From a virus, in IMG/VR virus record IMGVR_UViG_3300013296_000001, positions 4,211 through 68,210 of that record: DNA of 64,000 nt. One strand, written 5' to 3'. Position numbers and translations under genes: made by a program. Positions 63,615 through 64,000 of this stretch are shown one piece after another. The notes beneath the pieces were generated by a model, which had not been told where the DNA came from, did no database searches, and saw nothing but the letters and a program-made list of their open reading frames with translations. The stretch's first letter is position 1, and every line of letters begins with the position of its first letter.

Positions 63615-64000
63615 CTACACATACTCATCTTCATCAGATTGATCCATTTCTCTACCCCTCCCGTTGCTTCCGTTCACCCCGTTCCTATAGGATGAAGGAT
63701 TTTTTCCTTTACTATTACCCTTCCCACTACTCCCCTCATCACTCTCATCCACCCCCGAGAGATGAGGCGGCAGTGCTTTCGCCTGTGCCTCTTCTGCTTG
63801 TATCCTCTTCTCCAGTTCATCAGGATTGTCGAGGCTGTTCCCACTCCCCGACGGTGGTGCCGCTGCCGGCCCGAATATCTCGGCCCACTGCACATTAATC
63901 GTCTGCTGGTTCTTCATACTGTTAGCACCCTTGCCCGACTGTAACCCCAGGCACAGTGCCAGTTGGTCCAGTGCCCTCAGCTTGTTGTACGGCTTGACTT
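63615..64000 (-). CDS. terS: Terminase small subunit, C-terminal part (runs off the window)
   Basis: The frame stays open upstream of ATG 63917 to the edge: VKPYNKLRALDQLALCLGL resembles the TerS iKl.dKl.ALe.L.k.lG motif. Confidence 0.65.
   Translation of the reverse strand, partial: VKPYNKLRALDQLALCLGLQSGKGANSMKNQQTINVQWAEIFGPAAAPPSGSGNSLDNPDELEKRIQAEEAQAKALPPHLSGVDESDEGSSGKGNSKGKNPSSYRNGVNGSNGRGREMDQSDEDEYV

Larger units (their letters stand above)
1..64000. mobile_element. Tailed dsDNA bacteriophage genome segment (siphovirus-like), probable Planctomycetota host
   Basis: Terminase, portal, MuF, protease, capsid, tail, tape measure and phage replication genes in canonical order. No host housekeeping genes and no integrase seen in the window. 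Confidence 0.96.

Overview
A 64 kb piece of a tailed dsDNA phage genome (siphovirus-like: long tape measure, tail chaperone frameshift, no sheath gene). The host is probably a Planctomycete, inferred from a TIGR02996-type domain, csrA and Cys-rich tail proteins. Layout: leftward replication block (PolA, ThyX, SSB-like, AAA, PD-(D/E)XK nuclease, CsrA, UDG, RuvC-like; 1-11.4 kb); rightward early region of small genes plus a large DGQHR/ParB-like protein (11.6-18.8 kb); leftward glycosyltransferase/radical SAM/methyltransferase island (18.8-29.2 kb); leftward virion block from terminase to tail tip (29.5-64 kb). There are four free-standing homing endonuclease genes. The dominant unexplained structure is a palindrome, core TTTGATCAAA (usually AATTTTGATCAAAATT). 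I counted 66 copies by eye, about one per kb and unusually evenly spaced. They lie at gene junctions and also in frame inside genes, read as FDQ or LIK. A second dispersed motif, TTCTCTGGA(A)GAAA, has about 16 copies and is strand-biased. A ParB-superfamily protein is the best candidate reader, suggesting an undescribed phage genome-marking or organisation system. Other highlights: an HNH insertion that left a recoded duplicate of its target gene's 5' end, a nuclease split in two by a GIY-YIG gene with no room for an intron, and a 1402-aa MuF fusion with ADP-ribosyltransferase-like and ATP-grasp domains. All family calls come from recognising motifs by eye; no searches were run.
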